Shown here: positions 37,803 through 50,700 of the stretch, in pieces
Numbering within the stretch: the stretch's first letter is position 1
How the letters are laid out: every line of letters begins with the position of its first letter
Assembly: GCA_050084985.1 (NCBI GenBank)
Contig: JBITNC010000002.1
Coordinates: 28,458,001-28,522,000 of the forward strand
Length of the DNA: 64,000 bases
Reading direction: 5' to 3'
Origin: Nageia nagi
Lineage: Eukaryota; Plantae; Pinophyta
Translations under genes and position numbers: made by a program
Notes under the pieces: generated by a model
Told to the model about the DNA's origin: nothing
The model's input: only the letters and a program-made list of their open reading frames with translations
Databases searched by the model: none

Positions 37803-39006
37803 CCAATCTCTTCTTCCATCATCTGTCATATCTTCATGAATGGAGCTGAAATATAGAAGAAAACCTGAGTGTAAATTTGAGCCATCAGTAAACTCAATGT
37901 TTGGATTAAACAAGGGCCCCTCCACACACTTCATCATCATTGTTTCTTGCTGCTGTCCATAAACTGAGTGTAATAACAGGATCAGATTTTTCTTTCCAAT
38001 CATGCCATCAATTTCGCCAAGTGGGACATGTAGGGCATCCATACAAGTGACCCTAAATGTTCCCACCAATGTGGACATGCTAAGTCTCAATTTGATCAAC
38101 CTATTGCCTCTCATTATTGCAAACCAAGGAGAGGAAATGAAACATAGTGTACTGCTGTAATAAAAATCATTGGTACAGCCATACCTTTTTGAAGATATCA
38201 CATGCTGCTGTCCAAAATCAGAATGTAGTAAGAGAGCATGATTTGTTTCTCTGATCATGCTATCATCCCCACCATGATTATGAGGAAGGTTCTTTGGTAC
38301 CATTGTATGAAGTGTTCCTTTAACTTGGTGTTTCATTGGTCCATGTCCCATTCCCAATGCATCCCAAATTGAGTTAATTAAACTCAATATACTGTTATAG
38401 AAATCAGAAATGTTGTAGTACCTTTGTGAGTGGGAATGTGGCTAAATCGTGCCTCAAATGTGTGCCCTTGAACTTCCTTTATGCTGAGTGCACTGCTGCA
38501 AAAATCAGAAGTGTTGTAATGTCTTTTATGAGTGGTAATTTGGCTGGTCAATGACCTTAAAGAGTACCAAGATGAATCCATAAGTGGTGCACCCCTTTTG
38601 AAACTCTTCAAAGTCTTCTCAAGAATGGGTTTACCATGCTGATGTTGTGCTACTCTTTCTTCAGTGCCAACTTCTAGACTTGTCACATCTTCTTCACTTG
38701 TCATGGTTCCTACACAAGGCTTGTGAACCAAGTCATCTTCTTGCGGAAAGATGTCATCCTTCCTTTCATCATATTCTTCCTTTCAGGGCATATTGATGAT
38801 CTCAATCATGTCATCAATTCCACTAATCATAGAAATCTCATTTTATTTATCTATTAGAGTCATTGTTTTGTTCTTTTCCTCATGCTCAACATTATCAATA
38901 GTAGTTGTATGTATATCTATAAAATCATTTGGAATTCCATCATACATATCTCATGAGATAAGGTGTTTTCTTCATGTGATTCGAGTTGCTCTTCTTCTCT
39001 AATCTC

Positions 39007-39390
39007 CTAATTCTTCTTCTCAAATCGTTCACGGATCTTTTGGCTGAAGTCTTTGAAAGTGATGATGTGTTCAAGGCCCAAAGTGGTAAGGCCATTGTAC
39101 CACCATTCATCCGCAATACCTTCAAGGTGGAGTGAAGCATACTGAATTACATCCTTCTCATTCATCGAACGGAGGGTGAAGTATGCTCTCATCTTTTGTA
39201 GCCATACTTTGATGGAAATGTTGCTTCCATTGAACATGAACACTTGCAATTGCTTGTAGTACTTGCTTCCTTCGTCAATCTTCTTCCCAAAAAACTTCAA
39301 ATATCCGTCAAATAAAACCGCTTGTCTAAATTCATCACTTTTTGCTTGGTATTATGCGAAATGGTCATCCATTTTATGCTCTTGCAAGAA
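39007..39390 (-). pseudogene. gag: Truncated Gypsy gag N-terminal region
   Basis: FNGSNISIKVWLQKMRAYFTL...LHLEGIADEWW...FSQKIRERF; homologous to 4372-4620 and 58500-58700. Confidence 0.85.
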
Positions 39391-40829
39391 CATGGGTGAT
39401 GACTTGGAATCTTTTGATGGGGTTGAGCGAGCCCATAAACCTTGTTTACAAACTAAGCTAACAAATCGTACATATACTTCAACTAATCTTGACGAATAGC
39501 TATCTCTCTAATTCCTCACAATCTAGCAAGAGTTAGAGCTCTAATACCACTGTAATGTACCTCTCTAGGGTTTATCCAATTTCTTACTTAATCGCGCATT
39601 CATTCACAAATTAGAGCATCAAAAAATGCTCATTAACCATCCAAACATGTGCTCAAAACTGAAATATAACAGCAGTAACCAAATCTGATATAAAGCTCAT
39701 ATAACATGCGAATATGACAAATCTAGGGCACAACTTCAGATCTGTAACATAACAGAAATATAGCTTCAAAACACTCTAATCCGTATACATTCCGATGCAC
39801 AATGAAGATAATAGCATAGCAGATATATATAGGAATATACGTTCACATTCGAGACGGAATATAAGAGCCAAGATCATAAATAATCAACCAAGAATAAGTA
39901 TAGGGCTGTAACAAGCCTGTAACAAGTTCTAGGGCAAAGCCCAAGACTCAAAGATGCTCAATCTAGACTCCTTAAGGCTGGCGCAAATCCCAATGAGGCT
40001 CCCACGCTTGGTGCAGGTCCCAAGACGGATCCCAAAGATTGGCGCAAGCTCACAAATGGAAAAGATGGATGGCGCAAGTTTTCCAAGTGATGAAAAAGCG
40101 TAGAGGAGCCACTTCTAGACTAGGGAGCAGCCCTAAGCCCTTAAAGGTACAGAAGGGAAGCATCCCTAAACTCCGAATGATCCAAGATCAAATGCACAAG
40201 ATGATCCTTCAAGTGGTAACGATCCATGCTTATGTAAGTCTCCAAACTTGCAAATATGTCCCCCAACAGGCAGCCGACTAGTAGGGGAGGAATAATAAAA
40301 CATTAAATAGCTCCCAACCTTCCTAACATGGCCAACTTGGTGTAGGGGTGATAGTTTATCATAATGGCCTATTTAATTGGCCCAAATAAATATATAATTT
40401 TCCCTTATTGAGCGTTGCCTTTGAGGCACAAGTGTAAATATGATAAATACATAATTTGACAAGTAAAACACTCCTAATCTAAATAATAAAAGTCACAATG
40501 AATAGGCATGAGAGGTGACGTCTAGATGTCCCAAATTGGGGGCATTACAATCTATTTGCCTTGTGTTATTTTATGCTTTCTTTAAGATGGGCCCTGTAGG
40601 GGCTTTGTTAGTTTCTTGACCATGCTTGTACATGCTAGTCCCCTTGACCACTTTTGGTCACCCAAAAACAGTAATATAGTTTCTTTCTTTTTATCTTTGG
40701 CATGTGACCAATATGCATTGCAAAAAAATCAGTAATATAGTTTCTTTCTTTTTCTAGTCAAAGGAATGCTTGCCTTCAACATTGCAAAAAATATATTTTC
40801 TCTTTTAGAGAAATTATTGACAAAAATAA

Positions 40830-41190
40830 TTAATTTAATTGGTCTAACAAATTCTCTACTACATTAGCACCAATCTTGTCTTTGAAAATGTGAATATCAA
40901 AATTGACTTGTATCTTAAATGGTGTTAATCCTCCAAAGGGCTTTCCAAAGAATGGTGTTCCTCTTTGCATGAGTGGTTCAAACTTCTCCCTCATCTCTTT
41001 CTTAAGCTCTTCCAAAGATTTTTGCACCATTGTTTTGATTGCTTCTTCCGTGATACTCCTATCCATTTGAGATTGCTTGGAACAATGACAAAGATACTCT
41101 GAAGGGGTTTGAGTCTCTGATCCAAGCTTTTTATAATTTGGCATTGTGTTAGTAGGCATGCAACTAAGGATAGACTAACTCTAATACCAA
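40830..41190 (-). mobile_element. Gypsy gag 5' fragment with Met-type PBS
   Basis: FKIQVNFDIHIF.DKI; CTCTAATACCA at about 41179-41189. Confidence 0.65.
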
Positions 41191-41568
41191 TCCAAATTGG
41201 TGAGATAAATCCACTGAAAAAACATTAAGTTCATGAATTTGATGTATTGTGAATTATGAACATCCATAGGAAGAACATAAGAAACAAGTATATACATAAT
41301 TTGAGCTCATATGTTGTCTTTCTCTTGGATGAATGTTTAAGTTATATATATAAAAGAGCTCAGCTAAATAAGGTAAGTAGTTTGTATTGTTAGAAGTGAG
41401 CACAACAAAGTCTTTTTGCAGAGATTTATGGCAGGATATCTCTGTGAAAAACAGATTCCACTATGATCTCTGTGCAGAGGACTATTAGACTCTGGATGCA
41501 AACTGAGTTTTCTTTGGTGTCTTCTCTTCTTCCTCAAACCTCCTTGACTGAAGAAAGAGTTGTATTTG

Positions 41569-42205
41569 GTGACCATTCTATGCTTCGGGATGCATGTAGA
41601 CAGTCCCTTATTCTTTCACTTGATGTGGGAATTTGAAAACTCATAATTGATGACCTTTCAAGCTCCTGTACACAATACAAAATCGCAGGAAGCAGTATTG
41701 ATTGTTACGAGCAGAAGATTTTTTTCGTGAAGATTCTCAGCAAAATGAGCTTCTGAATGCATTTTCAATGAGGTCAAACAAAGCTATGGTTAGAAAGTTA
41801 ATGCTTGTGGAAGTTGACCTCCAAGTATGTGCGATGCATGATGAAACAAGGATAAAACAAGTACAATAAATTTGGAGGATCAAATGTGACCATTCCATGA
41901 TTCTGAATGCATGTATACAGTCCCTTGGTATTTCACTTGATGAGGGAAGTTAAAACTCATAATTGATTACCTTTTAAGATCCTGTAGACGATGCAAAACT
42001 GCAGGCAGCAGTATGGATTGTCACAAGCACAAGTTTTTTTTTGTTTAGATTCTTAGCAAAACAAGCTTGTGAATGCGTATTCAATGAGGTCAAACAAAGC
42101 TATGGTGAGAAAGTTATTGCTTGTGAAAGCTGACCTCCAAGAATGTGCAACACACAATGAAACAAGACTTAAACAAGTATAATAAAAAATTTTGGAGGAT
42201 CAATT
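41569..42205. repeat. Diverged tandem duplication, 2 x ~318 bp
   Basis: GTGACCATTC at 41569 and 41887, colinear through TTTGGAGGATCAA. Confidence 0.9.
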
Positions 42206-43371
42206 GTATGCCTTGGAAGCTTAACTCGTGGATCAAATTTTCAGTCCCATTAAACTGCTTTGGTCATCTATAGAGATTAAACCATCTTGCTCTTTCTAGA
42301 TATAATAATAAGGATGATTTTTGTTCATCTGTAGGACACTGGGATTTGCAAAGAATAAACTCAATGATCGCAAAGTAATCGTGTGTCCTTTTCATGTTCT
42401 AAGTCATCTTACTTCCATCATGGCTATAAATATTACATGTAATTCATCGCCTTAGAAATAAGGAAACATAAATGGTGTGGGAGCTTTTTGATATCTATAC
42501 AATTATAGCTTGACGAAAACTTTCCTTTTCACAAATGCAACTTACCATATGTGGGAATAAAGGCAAAGAGGACTTCCAAAGCAGTCTATCTAATTGTTCG
42601 ATGTTGTCACATTCTGCAGTAACGTGCTCTTACCTGGTCAGATACGGTTTTGTATTTTAAGCTCCTGGACTAATTAAGGCCTGATAAAAAGTGATCGATG
42701 TTCTCAGAAATGGTTTGGATTAAGTACGGTTTCTTTGAGTTGTTGACTAGTTATTATTGTTAACTATAACAACTTTGAACTCTGTCCTTTTCGCTGATCT
42801 TTTTAAATGCTTTATCAGCTTTGGACTTAGTTTTTTGGGACTCTGGCACCTGCTTTCAGAGCTTTTAAGTACTTCAAATATTTAGATTGCAAGATTAAGG
42901 TGCACTTTTCAACCCTAAATATTTTATGTTGTCTACAGTCGATTATCAAGAGTTATGATTGTCCTGCAGATGCAATGAGCATAGTTTAATAAGTATGTCA
43001 GCACCTTGTCCATATGAGTACCACTCAGCCTTATATGTCTAACAGTTGATTACCGTTTTCATAAAAGTTTCCTTTCAACATTTTTACTTGCTTGTCGTCT
43101 AGTCAGGTATTCTAACTGAATGATTTCTGTCCAAAGGATAAAAAGCATTGCATCACGAGTCATGCTTCCCATGATGCAAATTGAAAGATTATGATTATAA
43201 TATTGAACATAACAAAGGCGAGAATTGTTGGTTCCACAATCATTGTCATAATAAAGTATTTTTGTATAGCTTTGGCAGGAACAATCTTAGCTGTAATGCA
43301 AGAACCAATCTATACAAATAACATAAGACATGAAATAATACCATCATATAATCTATGATTTTTGCAGGTAC

Positions 43372-43518
43372 CTGAGTATTTCGCATAAAGGGAGATCCAA
43401 ACATTTCCACCAATATAAGAGTACAGAAGACTACAAAGCCAAGACCCACGTAATACCTATGGCCAAATGGAAGTTTCACATCACCATTCCCTGTGCACAA
43501 TGTCTTGGACGTTAGCAC
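43372..43518 (-). CDS. Host NCS2/NAT (UapA/UapC-like xanthine/uric acid) permease, first visible exon: VLTSKTLCTGNGDVKLPFGHRYYVGLGFVVFCTLILVEMFGSPFMRNTQ
   Basis: TTGCAG acceptor, GT donor, 147 nt; matches UapA LPWGSPEFIGLGFLVFVSIILCERFGAPIMK. Confidence 0.88.
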
Positions 43519-44774
43519 CTGCAAGTCCCAAATTAATTATCAGCATTTGAATAGTTCAACTATCTTAAGTGATAAAGCAATTCAATAATTAATTCCATCA
43601 AATTATATAATTGAGGAATAACGTACACACAACTAGAGACACACATACACACTTGTTGGATGGTTGCTCCATAAATTTGACATTGAAAAGGATTGTATTT
43701 AGTAGGTCCATCAAAACTCTTTTATTTGGTTAAGGAAATATGATATGGGGTTCAATCATTTTTTTACCTATGGTACTTTGGTCTTATTGAACTACTTGCT
43801 TCACCGGGTAAATCTAGGGCCTTCCTAATTATTCATCACTTGCATGGCCATAGTATATAGCTGGGTACAAGAACTAATGCAAATCAAAGTCTCCAATTTT
43901 CTAGATTGCAATATCAAATGTATCCGATAATAACAGTAAAAAGGAATGCCCATGTAACTAGGGTAAACAAATTACTGGGAGATACATTTCTAACATGTCA
44001 GACTGGAAATTTTATGGTAAGAGCTTGACGGTTGTAATTAATTGGTTAATGCGTTGGTAGCAGAAGCATTGCAAAAAGAAACGTGACTGTTAATACTTAA
44101 ACCCAATGTCACTCATTAAATTATGACATCAAGCATTCACAAACTATGAGTGGTCTTACGTCACTAGCATTTATATGTCAGAGTTTCATTTTATTCATCA
44201 ACAAATTTCTAATTCCAACTAAAAATGATGAATGTTGGCAATCCAAACTATATCCAAATGCAGTCAACATTCATAAACAATGAGTCATGTTGAGATTCAA
44301 TGGTCAGTAACCTTGTCAAGAAGCTTATGGAAATTGATTTCCAAGGGCTTCATTAAAGCAAAAGAAAAATGTACCAGTATTTGTGGTTCATGACCTACAT
44401 AAGAAGTGGTGACATGAGAATGGAGATAAGCTTAATAATACAGTTCAAGCTACAGCAGTAGAAATACTCTTTATATACAAGAACAGTTCTAAGGACACTG
44501 AAAAGTTTATGTTATCCCTATGTTCCAAGAATTTTTTGGGACAAGGATGGCGAGGTAGAGTCGTATGTATCCTCAAAACTGTACAGCTTGGGCTCAATTT
44601 TGGGTACAGGAGTACGACAATATTAAAATATAAAAAAATTAGCAATTGCAACATTGCACAATGGGTACACTGAAAGAGAAAGATTTTTTTTTTTTTTTTG
44701 AATGAAAAAAACTTTGTAATAATGTAAAATCTTTTTCATACAAAAAAAGAGGTGGATGGAATTAAGCACACCCC

Positions 44775-47700
44775 TGAAGGAACTAACACTAACAAAATAA
44801 TTCCTAAACCAAGATCTCTTGAAAGTTCACAAAAACATCTAAACAACTCACAAAGCAATCTCACAACACAACACAAAATGTAAGTGGTTCCTCCAACTAG
44901 GAGTACATCCACTAACTAGATCTTTACTTCAATTACAAATACAACTCTCTTACAATCCTCCTACACTCTTCTCCAAAACACTATCCTATAGCATAACTTC
45001 ACTCCACAATTGGTGTGTAATCATAAAGAAAGAGCCTTCTATTTATAGGCCAAAATCTCTCTTTTAATTACCTTTTTATCCAATGACCAAAAGCATGACA
45101 TGCACATCCTTTTACCCAATGGGCATGCTCATGACATGAAGTGTAGGACAAGTTATATTATCATATTCACTTAAATACTTAAGGTATCAAATGATACCCT
45201 TAAGTATTAATGAACTTATATAGAAGATTATTACATAACCTTTACAATAATGCATTATACAATCTAGCACTTCTCCTTAATGCAATATTGGGATAGAGCG
45301 AATAAGAGAGAAGAAGAAGAGACAGTAAGAGAGTTCTCTTTCAAACAAATACAACGAAGATAAAAACTTTTTACATATTTGTGAAGTAAGAAAGATCTAG
45401 TTTAAGACTCACTACTTTGCCAAACACAATCATTAACCACAACCAATTTCAATGTACTTGAAGCAGTCATCCAACTAGAAATCATGAAGAGTCTCCAAGA
45501 GCCTGCATACTTGAGGTAAGTAACTTGCAATCTCAAAGGATAGATGAATCACACAAATGCCATCATAAACTAATCAATGGTGCACTACAAATTATCATGA
45601 AGATGCCAAGCCAAAACTCATAGTCACCTACTGTATATAAAACATGTGTTGATTATTACTACAAAATAGAGCATGCACATACGAGTTCCTCACATATAGA
45701 TAACTGAACAATGCCAAAAGACACAAAAGAGTTCCTCACACATGGATAACTGAACAGTGCTAGATTGGCCAATCTTTTTGCTTTAAGAATTTGTACAGGT
45801 TCCTCACGCAGAGGGAACTTACCACGAAGGTGTACAACAAAATCAACACTATACAACACAAAATCCTCTTAGGGGTGAAGTTGTCATCACAAACATGAAT
45901 TCAACACAAGAATTCAAACTTTACTCCCCTTTGAGGGCAACTTCACCAACCCGATAGCATCCTAAAGCTTACAAAATAGAGCTTGCGAAAGGGGCTTGGT
46001 GAACAAATCAGCGGAGTTCAAGGTGGATAGACAATACTCCAGGTGTATGATGCCATCAAAAACCTTCTTCCTGATAAAATAGGCATGGATTTCCACATGT
46101 TTTGTTCTCTGATGGAACACAAGATTCTTAGCCAAAGAAATAACCGACTGATTGTCTAAAGAAATCAAAGATAAGCCACCTTGCTCATACCCAATTTCTT
46201 TCAGAAGATGCCTTAGCCAAATGGCTTCTTGGACTGCAACAGACATGGCATGGTATTCAGCTTCTATGGTGGAAAGAGAAACAATATGTTGCTTCTTGGA
46301 AGCCTAAGAGATAGCATCTGAACCAATGCTAAACACATACACAGAGGTTGATTTCCTATCATCTCTATCTCCCCAATAGTCAGAATCTAAGAATCCAAAG
46401 AGAACAAACGAGGGCAACTTAGAATCCTTGAGAGCAAGATCCTTAGTCCCTGCAACATACCTCAAGATTTGCTTAACAGCATTAAGGTGCTCAACATATG
46501 GTTTCTGCATGAATCGTGCCATCAGATTCACTACAAAGGCAATATTTAACATGAAAATAGTCAAATACAGAAGACTACCAATTAATTGCCTGTAAGTTGT
46601 AGCATCAACCAACTGAAAGTTGGAGCTCAAAGAAACAGTGATTCCAAAAGAGACTGGGATCGTAGCAAATCTACACTCCATTCCAAACTTCTGCAAGATG
46701 TCTGATATATACTTAAATTGACTAAAATAAGTACAATCCTTGTATTGATACACTTGCATTCCAAGATAGTAATGCAAGAGACCAAGATCAGTCATTTCAA
46801 ACGTTGCCTTAAGTTTGGATATGCACTCTTGAATGATTTCATCATTGTTTCCAATAATCAAAAGATCATCCACATAAAGGAGAATCAACATCACGTCTTT
46901 TCCTTAATTGAGCACATATAGATCGGAATGAGAAAAACACTTGGAGAATCCAATGTCTGCAAAGTACCTTGAAATCTTTCTGTACCAGGCTCTAGGTGCT
47001 CGTTTAAGTCCATACAATGACATCTTTAACTTGCGCACAAAGGATTCTTTGCGTTGCACAATTAACCCTTCTAGTTGATTCATGAAGATTTCCACATCTA
47101 AGTCACCATTGAGAAATGCACTCTTGACTTCAAGTTGAAAAACTTTCCATCCTTGAGCTACAAAAAGAGCAAAGCTAATTCTCACAGTAGGCATCTTTGC
47201 CACGGGAGCAAAGGTTTCCTCATACTCTACGCCGTATTTCTGAACAAAACCTTTAGCTACTAACCTTGCCTTGAATTTTTCAATATCTCCAACTGAATTG
47301 AACTTGACCTTGTAGATCCATTTATTGCCAATCACATTCTTCTCATTGGGACAAGGAACAAGTCCCAAGTTTTATTTTTCATAAGCATCTCATACTCCAC
47401 TTTCATGGCTTCCATCTCGCACTCGTGCTTTGAAGCCTTTTTGAAAGATGAGGGCTCATGCTTGTTGTCAATCTTGGCAAATAAGAACTCGTTCAAGGTC
47501 ATGCTCCTTGTTACCCTTTGTGTTGGAGAGTTTTGTTCCTATGGTGACTTGTCTACATCAATATCCAACCAACTAGGAGCAACTAACAAGTCCTCTGGAT
47601 TATCAACATTCTTATTAGAAACAGATTCTTCAGGAAGTTCATTAAACTTGACATCTCTCGAAACGAACACTGCTTTGTAGGATGGAGAGTAAAGCTTGTA

Positions 47701-50700
47701 GCCTTTATGCTGACTGTCATAACCCACAGAGATGCATTTTTCAGCTCTTTTGTTTAACTTCTTCCTTTTATTAGAAACAATGTAGGAGAATGCTTCACAA
47801 CCAAACACCCTAAGGTGAGAAATGTTAGTGACCATACCTCAAAAGGAGTTTTACTCTTAACGGCTTTTGCGGGACACCTATTCAAAGTGTAAATAGCAGT
47901 GCTCACAATTTCACCCCACAAGAAACGAGGAAGATTACCCAACATACATCTAGCCATTTCCATAATGGTTCTGTTTTTTCTTTCGCCAACACCATTTTGC
48001 TTAGGAATGTAAGGAATCGTAAATTGCCTCTTGAATCCATACTTAGCACATTAGTCATTGAACTCATTGCTGTTATATTCTCTCTCATTATCTGATCTCA
48101 ACATCTTGATTTTAAGGTCAATTTGATTCTCAACAAAGGCCTTAAAAACCTTAAAACTCTCAAAAGTTAAATCCTTGGGCTCAAGCAGATACCCAAAGGT
48201 CATTCTACTAAAGTCATCAATGAAGGTCAAGACGTAAGATGCTCCTCCAAGCGACTTAGTCTGAAACGGACCTATCAAATCTGAATGCACAAGTTGAAGA
48301 GGTTGAAATGCTCTTGTTGCCTTATCTTTTTCAAACTTTTGTCTATGCATCTTGCCAAGAATGCATTTCTCACATAGATCAATCAAAAGAAAAATTGAAG
48401 GCAAACCTTCCATATGTTCTTGGTCTTTCATGGCTTGAATACTCTTATGGTTAAGATGCCCTAAACATTGGTGCCAAAGATTGCCTCTAGAACACACTTG
48501 TAGCAAGACACATCTTTCATGGAACTTGATCCATAATGTAGACATCATCTTTCACTGATCCTTTAACCAAAGTGGCAATTCTTTTCTTAATGCACCAGGA
48601 TTGAGAGTCGAACTCAAAAGAGTACCATTTTCTAGCAACTTGAATCACAGAAAGAAGGTTCATCCTAAGCATAGGAACATAAAGTACATTGTCAAGAACC
48701 TTCTTGTGAATCAACACACTCCCAATTCCTTGGATTTCAAGGGTAGAGTTATCACTTATCACAACCGCATCTTTTCTATACTTGTGAAAGTTCTCAAACT
48801 TTTCCTTTTCAAAACATAGATGATTAGTGCAACTAGAATCAACAATCCAATCAGACGAAAAAGAGCGAAACATGGAGTAGAACGCCACAGCAAAACTAGC
48901 TTGAATATTCTTCTTTCCTTTGAAGTTCTTTACATTTCCATTGCCTTTGTTCTTTTCCTCTCTTTTCTTTTTGTAACAAAAAACTTCTTTGTGACCTTGA
49001 ATGCCATAATAATTACAATTACCATCAAAATTTTCCTTAAAATATGAATTGTTTGTTTTGCTTCTTCCATCTCTTTGCTTGAAGTGGTTGTTGTTGCCAT
49101 TGTTCCTAATGTTATTGTTGTTGTTATTACTATTGTTCCTATTGTTGTTATTGTCATTGTTTCTTTTCTCAAATCTTTTAAAGAAAGAAGGATAAGATTT
49201 CTTTTGATGCTTGAACTTCTTCTTGAAAGGAGTTTTGGTTGCTCCAAGAGTAATGTTATTATCCTTAGGAGAAGAAATCAACATCTTATTGTTAAGGGTT
49301 TTCTCATGCTTCAAAAGATGCCTAAAAAGGCTCTCAAGGGAAAAGACTTCTCCTTCATCATCAAGCTTTGTTTCCATAACCGTTACAAAGTTTCCAAACT
49401 TTGAAGAATGATGAAGACCATTAACTCATCACTGATCCAATTGCACCCACAAGCAACAAGTTGGATCCTTAGGTCAATGATTTTGTTCAAGTAGATGGCA
49501 ACATTTTCATCTTTCCCTTGATGAGTTTGAAACAACTTTTGGAGAATGGTAAACTTTCTTGAAAAATTTGAACTAAGGTAGATTTGCTTAAGCTTATCCC
49601 AAGCTTCCTTTGCCGAGGTTTAAGAGGAAATCATCAAAAGCACATCATCTGAAACTGCACGGAAGACCATGGAAGTTGCCAACTCATTCTTTGTGTTATA
49701 AGCCTCTAATGCCTTCTCATCAGCAGGAGGTACAAGGTTCTCATTCACTATTTGCTAAAGCTTTCTTGCCTGCAATTCAACTCTCATCCGAGGTTCCCAA
49801 ATACCAAAGTTGGAACCATCAAGAATGTGTTTGGGTAAAAAAGAGTCTCCCATTTGCTACACAAGGATATGAAAAAGTAATAAGCATATGATTCAATAAA
49901 CAACATTATATGTTAAGTTTTAACCAAGTAAATAATACATGTTAAATTTAACACAAGAGCTATGCTTGATTTGATTCACAAGTGCAAATGTTTTATAACT
50001 CAAATAATCCATGTCTTCGAATACATTTCTCATCTCAAGAACCATTGATGTAGAGTGATATTGTTGAGACTTGTTTTGTCGTCAGTATTATACTCTCACA
50101 AGGAGAAGTACCTACTATTTTCCAAGGTTATGACGTATATTGGATCGACCAATTTAATAATCTTGATTAGGTCTGAAGTTGTCCTTCTAGATTATCAAGA
50201 TAATCCCTGAATGGACGTGCGAACATGTGGTATCACTACACATGTTTGTCCATCTATTGGAGTTATATCCAGACCAACAGAGGACTTAGGGGTACAGACT
50301 TTTCACCATTTGGATCATCGGATTTAAAGGCTCCAGTCCGCCTGTCCTCACCTCATGGCTCCCCAAACAAATCGTTGCGGAATGTACGTGCAGATGTGTT
50401 CATTTTAGAGGGTTGCTCATATCAATGTTTGCATTTTTGTTTGCATAAGCAAATAAATCAAAATGCAAAACATGAAGTAAAAGAGCATAAGTAAAACATC
50501 ATCCATTCAAAATTTGAAACCTAAGTGTCCAATGGGTTTTGTTTACCAACCCCTAAAGGACATATTTTACATCATTCCTAATTTTGCACAAGTCCATTCT
50601 TGCATAAGGAAGTAAATTGCATCATAACTTAAGTAAAAAAAAATGCATTATAGACAAGAATTATTCCATTCTTAAGCAAACGTTTAAGAGGCATAAATAT

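Larger units (their letters stand above)
34822..40549 (-). mobile_element. Non-autonomous Gypsy-type LTR element carrying mosaic cargo including an NRPD2/NRPE2 fragment
   Basis: LTRs 39551-40549 (5') and 34822-35755 (3'), perfect TSD ATCTA, PBS TGGTATTAGAGC at 39538-39549, PPT GAGGAGGGAGG, gag 39007-39390, no RT/RH/INT. Confidence 0.95.

Noticed and set aside
37263-38387. Functional host RNA polymerase gene (374-aa ORF)
   Set aside because: It lies between LTRs, is mosaic, lacks the catalytic region and has an in-frame stop; it is a captured fragment.
42546-42613. Possible extra minus-strand exon (CAG...GTAAG; CDNIEQLDRLLWKSSLPLFPHM)
   Set aside because: At 68 nt it would shift the frame, and the flanking exons already join colinearly with UapA (RNTQ|VIVG).
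43246-43524. Stand-alone 92-aa ORF
   Set aside because: Only 43372-43518 is exon; the rest is intron read-through past the GT donor.
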